Shown here: positions 24,401-39,900 of the stretch, piece after piece
Position numbering within the stretch: the first letter of the stretch is position 1
How the letters are laid out: each line of letters starts with the position of its first letter
Assembly: GCF_001949145.1 (NCBI RefSeq)
Contig: NW_019091361.1
Span: forward strand, 186,001-250,000
Source: Acanthaster planci
Taxonomy: Eukaryota
DNA length: 64,000 nt
Reading direction: 5' to 3'
The notes under the pieces: model-generated
The model's input: only the letters and a program-made list of their open reading frames with translations
What the model was told of the DNA's origin: nothing
Databases searched by the model: none
Made by a program: the position numbers and the translations under genes

Positions 24401-27073
24401 GTGCCTGCAAGACAACCGTATTGTAGATTTCCCTTTCTCTCGCCCTTTCCTCAAGCTCATGTGTATGGGAGAGGCTGGTAGCAGCGTTAGGTCGTCCGTC
24501 ACTCCAGAGTCTTCAATCCGAGACTCGGAGATGTCCAATGATACCCAGTCTGAGGCTTCCTTAGATGACATCCATGATCTGATCTCGGAGCTGTCCATTG
24601 ATGAGTGTGAATCCAAGGCAGAGCTTATCATGGGTGACCCACCGAAACCCCGTACCCCAGCCTGGTTTGCTGGATTGCTTATTTTAGAGGATTTGGAGAT
24701 AGTGGCCCCTCATCGTGCTCACTTCCTCCGCCAGCTGAAGGTCTTGGTTGACCGGAAGCGACAGATTTTGAAGGACAAGTCCAAGAGTGAGGAAGAGAGG
24801 AATAATGAGATTCAGATGCTAACTTTGGAGGAGGAGTCTAAGCTGGGACCTCCAGTAAGACTTGAGGACTTGGGGTGAGCAGAAGTCAAAAAAATATCGG
24901 AAACCACTGAACCATCTGTCTAGATACACTGCACATGGAATAAGACCATCTAGTAATGATGTTAAAGAAATGCTTTGCCGTCAAGAACCATAACCAAAAG
25001 ACCAATCAGTGTGTAGCCATCATCTCAAATGAAAGCTAAGCCCAGGTCTTTGTTAGTGCAAATGTGACGGACAGTATTAAAAAGTTGAATACAACAATGC
25101 TTTGTAGTGACAAAGCTGTCATACTAGATGTGGAGCAGCCTTTACAACATCAGTGTCTATCGACACAGATTTACCCTGATTGAAAGATGGAACAAATTGG
25201 CATGAAACCCCCTGTTAAACTGGGAAATGAAATTGGCATGAAACCCCCTTTTAAACTTGGAAATTAAATTGGCAGGAAACCCCCTTTTAAAGGTTCAACT
25301 TGAGTTCTTTATCCATTTATATTGGAAATATTTACTTAATCTAGGTCCTTTTCTGTCTTTGTCACGTTTCAGACTGACGTTCCAGTTTAGTCCATCTTCT
25401 AGTGTGTATGGTTATTCAGCCTATGATCTCAAGCCTGGAGGTAGTGAAGAACTTCTGACACTAGATAATGCAGAGGAGTACATTGAGTTAGTAAATGACT
25501 TCTGTCTGCATACTGGTATAAGACGTCAGATTGAGGCATTCAAAGGTAAGGTGTGAGATTCTGCTTAGTAACTGTGCCAGTCCTATCCCTTCTCACGCCA
25601 CCAACCCATGGATGATTCATCAAGCTGTCAAGGCCATTTGGGTCATTCCACAAAGTTCGGGCACAGTTTGTGACGGTGTCCCTTGTTACATCCGTGAAAA
25701 TAAACATCTTTATTTCCCTGCATATGGATTCTAAATTGACATTGTTCTAAATCTTGCTAGGTTCTTGTAGTGGTGTGCTTCATCTTTGCCAAATAATAAT
25801 GACCTAATCTGTTTTAATGTGAAAATAATGGGCAATAAATGTTACTGATGTAACAAGGGATGCCGTCACAAACTGTGCCCGAACTTCATGGAATGACGCA
25901 TTAAGAAAGATACTTTTGAAATTGGCACTAAACAAGTCTGGGGTTGGTTAAATCGGACTCAAGTGTATTTAACTGGTATTGTTAGTTGGTTGTATGTCTG
26001 AAGGGCATTTGATCTGTAGATGGTAAACAGTGTGGACTTTCCAGATATCAAAGTAACAACATGAACTTTGTGGCTACTTTACCAGTGTTCAATCAATCAG
26101 TGTTTGAAACTGCAGCAGTGAAACTTGTGTTGTAAGAGTGACTTAATCTCAATCTAATTTCTTCTGTTTCCTGACAGAGGGTTTTGATGAGGTTTTCCCT
26201 ATGGAGAAGTTACATAGCTTCAGTCCATCAGAGCTACAAACCATGATGTGTGGTGACCAAGCACCAATGTGGACCAGGGATGACATCTTGAACTATACCG
26301 AACCCAAGCTGGGATATACCAGAGAAAGGTAACGTCATAGTCCTAGGAGCTCAGAATTCCAAGCTCTTGGAGAAGAATCCCAAAACAATAATTGCTTAAA
26401 ACTGAAAGGGCAGGAGTGGAGGGGATTCCTTTGTACAGTTTCCCTGCACCAGAGGGTTTTCCAGGCAAACAGTTTTTACAGTATTAGCGATAGTGACCAA
26501 AATCAACTGAATTGCTTACAATGGAGAAAAGTTTAGCTTTCCTAATTCTCAGATGTTCGTTTGAAGTGTTATCTTATCCCTGTCTCCCAGGGTTGTGTGA
26601 AAAACATGGTAAACTTGGAGATTGGTGATATGAAAAGTATTGATGCTAAACAGTACCAAAATAGTCCCATCATCTGTCTTAAAAAATGTGCAAATCATTA
26701 CAAAAAATCTGACTCCTTATTTTTGCATGAGACTTGGCTATCAGACTACCGGTAACTCATTTTCCTACACAATACTCCTTCATTCAACAGTCCTGGATTC
26801 CAGCGTTTTGTCAACGTGATGGCCTCTTTGACACCTGATGAACGGAAAGCTTTCTTACAGTTCACCACTGGCTGTTCCTCTTTGCCTCCTGGTGGTTTGG
26901 CTAACCTCCATCCTCGTCTAACTATTGTACGTAAGGTGGATGCCAACGACAGCACCTATCCCTCAGTCAACACCTGTGTTCATTACCTCAAACTGCCAGA
27001 ATACTCTAGCGAGGAAATCTTGAGGGAGCGACTTCTTGGGGCTACTCATGAAAAAGGGTTCCATTTGAACTGA
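460..27073 (+). CDS. HECTD1: E3 ubiquitin-protein ligase HECTD1 (ankyrin, SUN-like, partial MIB/HERC2 and HECT domains); 5'-partial, multi-exon
   Basis: The spliced translation closely matches HECTD1 as I recall it ([96 protein letters not shown]...EKGFHLN*; catalytic Cys codon 26975-26977). Exons with phase-consistent splice sites: 460-674, 2450-2523, 3168-3266, 3774-3897, 4074-4263, 4973-5108, 5502-5678, 5804-6032, 6511-6686, 7190-7354, 8066-8203, 8499-8645, 8943-9034, 9501-9612, 10200-10334, 10616-10755, 11210-11353, 11681-11860, 12456-12628, 12973-13146, 13284-13475, 13842-14057, 15615-15860, 16516-16802, 17323-17479, 18269-18357, 19066-19196, 19611-19671, 20445-20627, 22002-22200, 22440-22522, 22730-22857, 23312-23513, 23973-24110, 24258-24874, 25373-25545, 26178-26328, 26791-27073. 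Confidence 0.97.
855..1666. mobile_element. PIF/Harbinger-like MITE (812 bp)
   Basis: Terminal inverted repeats (TIRs) GGGGTCATCCAT / ATGGATGATCCC (1 mismatch, with further TTGTCATTT similarity), flanked by TTA on both sides (852-854, 1667-1669). Confidence 0.7.
1787..2365. mobile_element. Kolobok-like non-autonomous DNA transposon (579 bp)
   Basis: TTAA|AGGAACCAGGAAA ... TTTCCTGGATCCT|TTAA: 13-bp TIR with 1 mismatch, TTAA target-site duplication (TSD) and purine-purine termini. Confidence 0.7.
2543..2685. repeat. Tandem repeat of about 87 bp running into an assembly gap
   Basis: ACCCTAA.ATCCTACATATTGTTCAAGAA.CAGGTATTACT.GTCG.TAATCAGTC occurs at 2543 and 2630; the N-run starts at 2686. Confidence 0.8.
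7661..7830 (+). mobile_element. tRNA-derived SINE (or tRNA pseudogene with a tail)
   Basis: 7661-7731 folds as a degenerate cloverleaf: acceptor ACTTGG/CCGAGT, A-box TGGTCAAGTGGTTAAGAC, arm TCTGC/GCAGG with an abnormal 8-nt loop, and T-arm ATGGG-TCCAACT-CCCAT with a mutated B-box. An unrelated body and an A-rich end follow. Confidence 0.6.
11900..12226. mobile_element. Harbinger-like fold-back MITE
   Basis: TIRs AGTCCTTTTCACACTA / TAGTGTGACGAGGCCT, flanks TAA/TCA, and an interior of repeated GGGTTGAA/TTCAACCC in both orientations. Confidence 0.6.
14188..14368. mobile_element. piggyBac-like MITE (181 bp)
   Basis: TTAA|CCCCTTCGCGCCGG ... CCGGAGCGAAGGGG|TTAA: 14-bp TIR with 1 mismatch. Confidence 0.8.
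19892..20265. mobile_element. piggyBac-like MITE (374 bp)
   Basis: TTAA|CTACTGCCTGCCGGG ... CCCGGCAGGAAGTGG|TTAA: 15-bp TIR with 2 mismatches and a CpG-rich interior. Confidence 0.75.
20667..21547. mobile_element. hAT-like non-autonomous element (881 bp)
   Basis: TIRs CAGGCTTTGATCTTTA / TTAAGGTTGAAGCCTG, 8-bp TSD CCAATGAT / CCTATGAT (1 mismatch), GC-rich subterminal repeats. Confidence 0.7.
21602..21744. mobile_element. Short TTAA-flanked MITE (143 bp)
   Basis: TTAA|CCCTCCT ... AGGAGGG|TTAA, with an internal inverted GTCACTCT/AGAGTGAC. Confidence 0.5.
25194..25291. repeat. 36-bp minisatellite, about 2.7 copies
   Basis: Unit AAATTGGCATGAAACCCCCTGTTAAACTGGGAAATG, repeated with few changes. 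Confidence 0.85.
25640..25899. mobile_element. MITE with long (about 53 bp) TIRs; superfamily uncertain
   Basis: GGGTCATTCCACAAAGTTCGGGCACAGTTTGTGACGGTGTCCCTTGTTACATC is mirrored at 25847-25899 with about 5 mismatches; flanks are ATTT/ATTA. Confidence 0.85.
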
Positions 27074-28867
27074 AACCAACCCAAAGGCCTTGGTGTTTGT
27101 GAGCATAACTTACTAAGAGAACTCATGAGATATCTGGATTATCTGTATCTTGGTGTGATTACTGTGTGTTGCAAGCAACAGCTAGTTTGAAAGAACTTTC
27201 TGTTTTTCCTAAAGCAGCCAAAATCCTGCAAAAGTCCAACTGGATTCAGGGCTGTCCTGTCAATTTACATGGGAAGACTAATATTTTAATTCTGTATACG
27301 TAAATGCACTTTTCGTTTACAGCATATCGTTTGAGCGGGGTTAAGGTGTAAAACTCCCGAGGGATTAAGATTGATTCTGACTTTACAAAGCTAGAATTGA
27401 CGCCATGTTTCACTTCATGAGGTTCAAATTCTCAGTATTGTGATGAATACCTTCAGCTCGTGTTTTTGGATCATAATCTAATTTTTTTTTTTTTATTTTT
27501 ACTTTAACTGTTTTGTGCCCGAGTATATCTTTTATTTTACAGCGTGGCATTGAGCAACACACACTTAGTATCTGTTTGTTATTCCCCCCGGCATCCGGTT
27601 AATCCAGGCACTTCTAAGTTAAAATTCACCTTGATAACCCCAGTGTAATTAAAAGCACCATTATTTTCGTTCTCCTTTGACCCATTTTTAAACATAGCCC
27701 CTATTTTTTTTTTTTGCAATATGTCAACCTCACAAGATTCTCAAGTTGTTTGCTTCACTTCTTATTGGTTGCCAAATGGTAAACCGTTCAGGATTTTAGC
27801 TGATCGCTAACACCCCCCGCCCCCACATAAGTTGCGTTGACATTGTCTTCTCTGAAGTCTGAACTGATTGGCAGGTCAAGGAAAGACTTTCCACAAATTG
27901 TTGAGGCTGATTCACACAGAGGCAGACATCATTCAGCTCTGGGTGCTTGGTTGTAGCATTTTAAGCAGAAGAGGGACATTTCAAACAAGTTTGGAAGTTG
28001 GATTGCATAAAAGTACTTAGGGTTTTGGGAATATCATGTCAGCATTTAAAAAACAAATTCACCTTGCTCCTTACGATGATGGAACATTGTACTTGCTCTG
28101 TTTACGATGTGTCCATCTCTCGAGTAGTGTCCCTGGATTTTTATGTTTTCACATCCATTTCCATGACTAATTGCCTAGGCACCACAAGTGAAATATTGTA
28201 ACTAGTCCAGTGATTGATACCCTGTTTGTATCCTTTGATTTGTTTTGAAGTAATGACACTGCACTGCCTCACTTCAGATTTGTTGAGTATTTAACAATTG
28301 CATACAATAGAATAGTTGTTCACTCCATATTTGACGATTGAGTAACCGAGTACGGCCAAAATTCACATTGACTCCATTGTCATGTTTTCAGAGCTGTTCT
28401 ATCAAAGTTTCATTTTTAAGCAAAACGTGTTCACTTTCTTAATTTGGTAGTGGTTTTCCAAGCGTCTGCCTTTTCTCCTTCCCAAATAGCAGCAGTGTAT
28501 ATGTCACATTAAACAAAAAAAAAAAACCCTCCCTGGCAGCTCTGTAACCAATTCTAGCATTTTATTGTTAAGCTTTTTTCGCATCTGATTATGAACACAG
28601 AGATTTGGTAATAGTATTTTAAAAAGTTGACATTTGTACAGATGTGTGTGTTGGGTGTGACGGTCACTGCAGTAAGATTACTATCATGTATACGCAAGGA
28701 TGAGAAGGAGCTTGATTTTGTTTCACTCACAGTTGATTCGTTCAAAACAATGAAGAAACTACTAATTTTGTATACAGAATGGAGTCAGTAATTTCAAGAA
28801 CTAGTTGGTTTATTTGCGGTGTCACTATTATCTCATATTTGTGTATGAATCACTTGGATTGTAGTAC

Positions 28868-28899
28868 AATAAACCATTGGGTCTGTATCTACTAATAAA
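28868..28899 (+). terminator. Probable HECTD1 polyadenylation signals (two AATAAA), implying a 3'UTR of about 1.8 kb
   Basis: AATAAA at 28868-28873 and 28894-28899, followed by a GT/T-rich stretch, between the HECTD1 stop and the ENOPH1 3' end. Confidence 0.5.
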
Positions 28900-29925
28900 A
28901 ACCTGACTCTGCTTTGTGAGTTTCCTGATTGTCCGAGTCAAACCTGATTCCCAGCATTACACATAAAAAAACACAATGAGGAAAATGATCAGCAGTTATA
29001 CTGGAATCATCATGAATCACAGAGAAAATGTTCCATTGCTTTTTAAACCTTTCAAGGCTTTATACCTACAGAGTAATGCATCATATCTTCATGTTTCATG
29101 ACTGGCATAACCCAGGCTATATCAATATCAACACAGGTTTGTTGGATCTGAAATCCAAGTGTGTGTGTTGTAAATACAACTGAAGATAATACACTTGACA
29201 TTTCATACAGCCTGTAGCAGACTAGTCTGCACCCTGTCATTAAAATCCCTTGACTTCACATGAAACCTCTGAAAACTGGGACACCATAGACAAGGCATTT
29301 GGGTTGAATTGAACCAATCAGAAGCAAGTAAGTCTACTGCAAGTAGATGATTCGCTTAACTGCGATGCACTCCACTTCGGAAGAGTTCTCAGTCTACTCA
29401 CCAGCAAGCTGATCCTGTAAGTCCTGACAAATGGAACCATTTACTCTAAAGTTGGTGCATCTTTTCTCTTTAAGCAAGATCTATCCAATAAAGTAGAGTG
29501 TTGATTTCTGTGAAACAGCGTATCACAGTTCTTGCATCCACGTAAAACTGCCTTGTACACAGAAGAAACAGGAGACAAAATGTTTTACAAATACAAGGCA
29601 TGAAAAACCATGGCTCTGTGGACATTGGGATACCTCAGGAAATATAGAAACTCAAGGAAATACATCTTTTATCAATTATATACAAGTACACGTATTCATC
29701 CATCTTAAGGTTAAAACATACACGTATACAGGATTCCAGTACCAGATATGGTTCCCTTTTAGCAACAGGATGTGTATGTCTAAATATCCCATCAAATACC
29801 TAATACATACATGCGTCTTTTATTTTCCAGAAATGACACAAATGGAAAACTCCTTGTACAAGTTTTTTCCACAGTTCTTATCTAATATAATCCACATCTC
29901 ATCACTTCTGTACTTTTGTTGGTGG

Positions 29926-33103
<3,178 letters not shown>

Positions 33104-35099
33104 TAGCAAGCATTCATCAAGAAGTTAGGCTCCACATGGGTTGTTCTGGAAAAAAGATAAACATGAGATTCTTAATATATCTCACAATTTTAGGTAATGA
33201 TTACAAATCGGAACAACTGCCTTCTTTTTAGGGCCCTAAAAATTGGCCATTATAGCCATATCATGAATGAAACCAATTTAACAAATTGCTCCCGGTTTTA
33301 CTGTAAATGTGATTAAAATCCATCGATGAATATTTTGAGTTTCAGGCTTATGCAATCCTAACTTTTTGGATGTACGCTGGCGGTCGAAGGGAGGGTAGGG
33401 GTGACGCAACGCGTCACTTTTCAACCAGGGAAAGTTCCCCCCCCCCACTTTTGGCAGGGTCCATAATTGTGCAAGGCTTATTGATTTGTGGATGACACCT
33501 GATGGTCTTACAACTGGCCCCCCCACTTTGAAAATCATTTTGCCACCACTGAGGATGTACCTCTACAAGCCAATAAGTATGAATTTTACATTTTCTATTT
33601 CCTTCAAAATTTTCCAAAAAAGTGTCAATGTAAGATATGAAGGCCAGCCAACTTACAAAGGTTCACTTGGACCGATACACAAGTTTAACAATGGAGTGGA
33701 ACAACTAAGAGGTGTATACAAGTCCTTTCCATAATAAGGGGTGTACCAGTTGGACAGTGACAATTATTGGGTGTCATGAATCTATCCTCATACCTGTTCC
33801 TAACAGGTACTTTCCATGTAAAAGGCCCCTGAAATTAGCAGAGGCCCCTTTATCGTCCAGTGGAAACCTTGCCAGGTGACTCCAATCCCAATCCCACCCA
33901 CACCCAGGCTTGTCCGGACATGATGCACCATGAACTTAATCATTACGTGTATGTCACATTAGTGACAAAGGGGAACTGGGGGGGGGGGAATTAAGGATTT
34001 TGTCCATGTAACCTAGTTTTATAGCCTGCACGAGGGTAAGGGCTGCATGTCAGGGCTTTTTACACAACACAGCTGCTTGCAGGAAAAAGCACTCACCCCC
34101 CTCTTTTATTCATGGTCAAAGGAAAACAATGTTCCCCTTGCTCTACATATATGACCCGCTCTGTGAAAATGAATCACATCACCAGAGCCACTAAGGCCTG
34201 TAAACTAATACTGTTATGGAGGAATAAAATATATTTTCCACCATGGTTTCAGCAATACTACCAATAGCAATCATCAAGATTTTATTTAACATCAACACAA
34301 CGTCCCTTTTCTTCACACTAAACGGAGCGACACATCAAAACAAAAAGCTAAAATTTAAGTACAACTTCAAAGGGGCTCCGATGACTTGCGCCTCATTTGC
34401 AGACATTGACAGAGCGGGTCACATACTAGTACCCTTGCATACGGCATGTGCGGTCATCAGTGCGTGTAAATACTGATTGATAGGTCCAAATGTCAATTAA
34501 GGCTCAACGACGGATTTCGATTGAGAGGGGCCTCAGAACTGTGGGGTCCGTCGTCCACCGTGCTCCCACGTTTTGTTTCCTTGCTCTGTGGTTTGACCTT
34601 ATCTTCAAGTGGAGGAACAGCTCAACTTACAACCTCCACGTGTCGCCCACTGCATTAAATAGCATGAAACGTTACATGTACATGTATCGTACATTGTAAT
34701 ACCTTCACATCCGGCCGTACGTACGTACATGATGTACATTTACAAGAGAAAAGGACGTGCTTTACTATGGTATGGTGCTTTCTGTGCTCAGAGACTTCAA
34801 CATAAGGATATAACGTGTGATGATCTGGTATCCTGCCTGCCTAATACTTAACTCGGAAGATAAGAAATTACGCACGCCAAGATTAAATGCCAAGTTGGCA
34901 TTTGGCTGTGCAGTTCACTATTTGTACTCCCCTAATTTGGGTGTTTATATACAAACAATTTATCTTAAATTGATTTAAATATTACTTCCATGGTATTTTC
35001 ACCACAAAATAGTATTTTTGGTTATTTTAAGATATAGTATCTTTTAAAAGAAATAAAGAATTGATTTTATTTTCAAGTACATTAAGTGCACAAAGTTGT

Positions 35100-35298
35100 A
35101 AGTTGATTTAAAGTAAGAGCATAAGGCGCCATATTGGCACAAAGTGACCAATTAGAATACGCGGTTCTTGCTAACTGTATGTGTATTAACAGGACTGTAG
35201 GCGTGTACGTGTAAGTGAATGAGTTCTTTTCATCGTTGGGTCGCCGTAATCCGGTCTGTGGAAGATCGTCAAAATCACCTCAGTCTCTAATTGCAGAG
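35100..35298. promoter_or_regulatory. Probable bidirectional promoter (ENOPH1 on -, RRBP1-like on +) and non-coding first exon of the RRBP1-like gene
   Basis: The two genes are head-to-head. There is a YY1-like GGCGCCATATT at 35125-35135, ATTGG and CCAAT boxes at 35133 and 35148, local CpG enrichment, and a strong donor AG|GTAAGC after 35298 that can splice to the acceptor at 36915 upstream of the ATG. Confidence 0.5.
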
Positions 35299-36933
35299 GT
35301 AAGCTGAGCTAGAAGTTTTAAAAAATGTTATTTTTTTAAAGAATTAGGTTCAATTACTGAATGGGGCAAAAGTGGTCATTGATTGAAGGGTTTCAAGTAC
35401 AAATGACCAAAACAATTGCATACTTAGCCTGGCCTAACGTTAGACAACCCACAGCTAGCAGCTCAAAACTTATTTTTACTTTTTATTAATGTAACGTTCA
35501 GTTAAGCCAAACCATATGCGTGAAGTTTGTAACGCACCCCGAAAGGCATTTGCTTGACCATATCGAGTGGATGCGTCCTTGCCGTCTTCATGTACATGCA
35601 GGCCTACATAATCTGATCATGGAGGTGGAATCATTTTAGCCTACGACGGCGTACATGTATGTACATGTACACATGGATTAACACAACCCCATGGTCAGTA
35701 GGCTGTGACTTGGAAAACGTGTAGGTCAATGACATAATGATAATGTACAGAGTACATGATTAGGTGGGGACATGATCTTCTAGGGAGTGCACCTCAGCTC
35801 GGTTCATTTTGCTGAATATTGTCTCGTCTTTTTTTTATTAATAGGCCTAGACCTGTTACACTTTTGTAACCTGGCCGTCAAGGTGCTGCCTTATCTCATT
35901 AAATACTGCAGGGTTGAGCCCTGCTTCAGTTGGGATTTTTTTTCTTAAGTTTTTCAATGAAATTTTTTTTTATAAATGTTTTTCTTTTCTTTTTTTAAAA
36001 ATGATGCCCGAGACGCGAGAGCCCCTAATTACAGATAAAATCGAATCTGATTCCTGTTTCTAATCATACAGATTGGTGCAATAAAAGTAGACATCAATCA
36101 ATGTTATAACTATAGCCATAGTATATTATATTTTTTATATGGGGGCTCTGAACTGGGAAAGAGTTCCACATACGGACGCCACTCAGCACCCTGTGCACAA
36201 ATCATATGAGACTGGTCTGAAAATTTCAAAGTGTTTTCTGTGTATGTGTATTGGTTTTTTCCCTCCTAAATTGAACTTTTCTGGACATGTTTTTGCTTTC
36301 TGATGGCCAGTAGGTCACTTTCGGGAATAATTACTAGTGTCTGTACATAGAACTCTTCCCCTGAAAAGATACCATTTAAATATTAAATTCACTTTCCATA
36401 GCCCAGTGATAGCATACATGTAGCTGAAACAAGGGTTCAGGTTTGAATCCATGGTCAGTTTCAAATTGTTTTGCCATCCTTTGATGTTGCGCCACAGCAG
36501 GACTTCAGGGACTGCGCGTGCAGTCCCACAACGACTGGTTATTTTTCATCACTGTATATATGTTGCTTTCACTCCGTCATAGTGTGTTATGTTGAGATTA
36601 TTAGTTATCAACCACTGTCATAAACATGCACTCTAACACCCATGTGACCGTTCTGCTTTCTTTTTCAATTTGGAGTGACGTGTTTCTAATTAAAACATTA
36701 AAAGTAATTATTTGATTACTTTTCATGTACCATGTTTTTCAAGCAATATTTCACCTGAAAGCTAATAATGAGCTCAGTCCCAGAAAATTATCTATTCAAT
36801 TTGAAAATCTGTTTTCCAAGGTGCCCCACCCTAGTAGCACGGGAAATACATGAACTGTACATCTCTATGGAGAAAGCTAATCTTTTGCTTTTTGATCTTT
36901 ATTGATTATGACAGGTTCAAATCCAGATCAACC

Positions 36934-39900
36934 ATGATTGCTGTTGATTTGTACGAGCCCCAGGTCTTGGCTCTGGTTGTATTTGCCAGTTTCATTGGCC
37001 TATCTGCCTTGGTCTATATCATCTCTATCTTCACCATGAAGGAGAAGACATATGAGGAAGCCATAGCTGAGCAGAGAGCCCGTCTGGACAAAGAGCAGCA
37101 ACTACAACGAGACCAGCGGCAGAAACGTCGTCAAGCTTTCCCTCGTAAGAAGAAAGAGAAGGCTAATGACATCGACCAGTCTACTCCACCCCCATCTCCT
37201 CCATCACCTCCATCACCGCCGGTTGAGGAGAAAATCAAACCAGCAGTTGAGCAACAACAGGCTGCCGCTCCACCTCCTGCTCCTCAGCCCAAGACCAAGT
37301 CTCCTAAGCAGGCAAAGCAAACCAAACCACAGCTGGAACAGCAGCAGCAGCAGCAGCAACAGCCCAAGCAAAAGCAGCAACAGCAGCCAAAGGTAAAAGA
37401 GGCTACCAAAGAAGTATCATCCAGAGAAGCTCCATCCAAAAAGGCCCTCAAGGAGACCCAGGTGAAAGAAGCTCCCATTGAGAAAGCTGCCACTGCATCC
37501 ACTAAAGCAGCCCCTCCTCCAGCCAAGACGGAAACCTCTCCTAAGCCTAACCAGAAGTCCAGTCAGAAGTCCTCCCAGAAACCGAAGCCTGTTGAGGAGA
37601 AGCTCCAGAAGAAAGAAGCACCAATAGTTGCCCAGAAAGCAACTGATTCTCAAGCTGCACCGCCGCCTCCCAAGAAAGATGGCAGTGGGGCCCAGAGTTC
37701 TCCCTCGAAGACCAAGATCAAAGGAGCAAAATCTGGAGCAACAGTGGAGGAAAAAGCAACTGCAGGACCAAGTGGTGATTCAGGTAAGGCAATATCATAG
37801 TGAAATCCCTGCCATAGGTGAGATGTTACACAGTTTCTGTGTTGTGTAATAGCCTCATGAAAAAAGCATTTAAAAATTCAGTACACATTGGGTCAGCTAC
37901 TAACCCTAACCCCTCGGCCCGTTTTGCTAGACCCTCCTCAATCCTCCAGAATCCTCCAAAATTTCTTGAAAATGTTACTCGGAGGTGTGCCTACTGCCTC
38001 AATCCTTCCAAATCCTCCGGCAATTCCTGTCATTATGTTGAGTCAGTACGAATGGCATTCTTGAGCAGTGCGGTCGATTAAAAAAAAACTGTACCGGGTT
38101 GAATTTATGCAGGACTAAGCAAAAACAACACAAGGTTTAACCCACGACCTTCATGCATGGCATCCTTCGCCATAAGCCATGCACTTCTGCCATTCACCCT
38201 CAATCCTCCAAAATCCTCCAAAACCAGCCAAAGGATTGTGGAGGATTGAGGAGGGTTAGGGCTAATACCAATACAGGGGATTTATGTTCGATCAATTTGT
38301 TTGCTGTTCAGACAACCATGTTTGCTGTCAATATGTATTCACTGTTGGGTATAAGTACATGTACCTTTCTGGTTTGGGGATACATGTAGGTTTAATTTCA
38401 TTGGATATTATATCCATGATGTGCAGTGTGTTGGCAGAACTGCAATTTATGAGAGAGTCACTCTTCCGTAGTTGGACAGAATTCTATTGGGCAGGCTCCT
38501 TTGGTCACTGACACATGTATTTCATAGGGAGAGCCAAGGTTGAAAGCACAGTGCACTATGGTTTTACCACTACATGTATATAGAGGGTAGGCATACATGT
38601 ACATGTATGACTTGAAATGCTTACATGTACATGTAATGTCTTTTAATATTAAATACTGGTACATGTACATACATGTAGTGGTACATGTCCATGTACAGTA
38701 TGCGTATCATTCCCCAATCCATGTGTGAGGGGTTTTCCCTATACATTTTCACTTGTGCCATTGATGTTTGAGTATTGGATATCTGCATGTGAATGTCTAC
38801 ATGTAAACGACTCCTGTTGACCATTGTTGGTCTTTCATTATAAAAACTTGTCTCTGGATTAACATGTATGTGAGCACGCATCAACATTTAGGCCTATAGT
38901 TCAGGTTTGAGTAACTATTGAAAAGTGTTGCAGGAACTTACATGTACTCTCGTAATCATGTACATGTACCACAAGGCGATGAGAATTTTAAGGAAAAGAG
39001 GGGNNNNNNNNNNNNNNNNNNNNNNNNNNNNNNNNNNNNNNNNNNNNNNNNNNNNNNNNNNNNNNNNNNNNNNNNNNNNNNNNNNNNNNNNNNNNNNNNN
39101 NNNNNNNNNNNNNNNNNNNNNNNNNNNNNNNNNNNNNNNNNNNNNNNNNNNNNNNNNNNNNNNNNNNNNNNNNNNNNNNNNNNNNNNNNNNNNNNNNNNN
39201 NNNNNNNNNNNNNNNNNNNNNNNNNNNNNNNNNNNCAATATGTATTCACTGTTGGGTATAAGTACATGTACCTTTCTGGTTTGGGGATACATGTAGGTTT
39301 AATTTCATTGGATATGATATCCATGATGTGCAGTGTGTTGGCAGAACTGCAATTTATGAGAGAGTCACTCTTCCGTAGTTGGACAGAATTCTATTGGGCA
39401 GGCTCCTTTGGTCACTGACACATGTATTTCATAGGGAGAGCCAAGGTTGAAAGCACAGTGCACTATGGTAATACCGCTATATAGAGGGTAGGCATACATG
39501 TACATGTATGACTTGAAATGCTTACATGTACATGTAATGTCTTTTAATATTAAATACTGGTACATGTACATACATGTAGTGGTACATGTCCATGTACAGT
39601 ATGCGTATCATTCCCCTATCCATGTGTGAGGGGTTTTCCCTATACACTTTCACTTGTGCCATTGATGTTTGAGTATTGGATATCTGCATGTGAATGTCTA
39701 CATGTAAACGACTCCTGTTGACCAATGTTGGTCTTTTATTATAAAAACTTGTCTCTGGATTAACATGTATGTGAGCACGCATCAACATTTAGGCCTATAG
39801 TCCAGGTTTGAGTAACTATTGAAAAGTATTGCTGGAACTTACATGTACATGTACTCTCGTAATCCCGGCACAAGTACCACAAGGTGATGAGAATTTTAAG

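Noticed and set aside
29500..29580. Minus-strand acceptor downstream of ENOPH1 (3'UTR intron or alternative last exon)
   Set aside because: An AATAAA lies upstream of it on the minus strand (near 29820), and the phase-1 reading stops within about 10 codons with no homology.
36397..36460. A-box/B-box-like tRNA-SINE remnant (TAGCCCAGTGATAG...GGTTTGAATCC)
   Set aside because: It is too degenerate to fold or delimit.
38915..39418. Long ORFs across N-runs (also 2606-3073 and 48069-48287)
   Set aside because: They are open only because N codons contain no stops.
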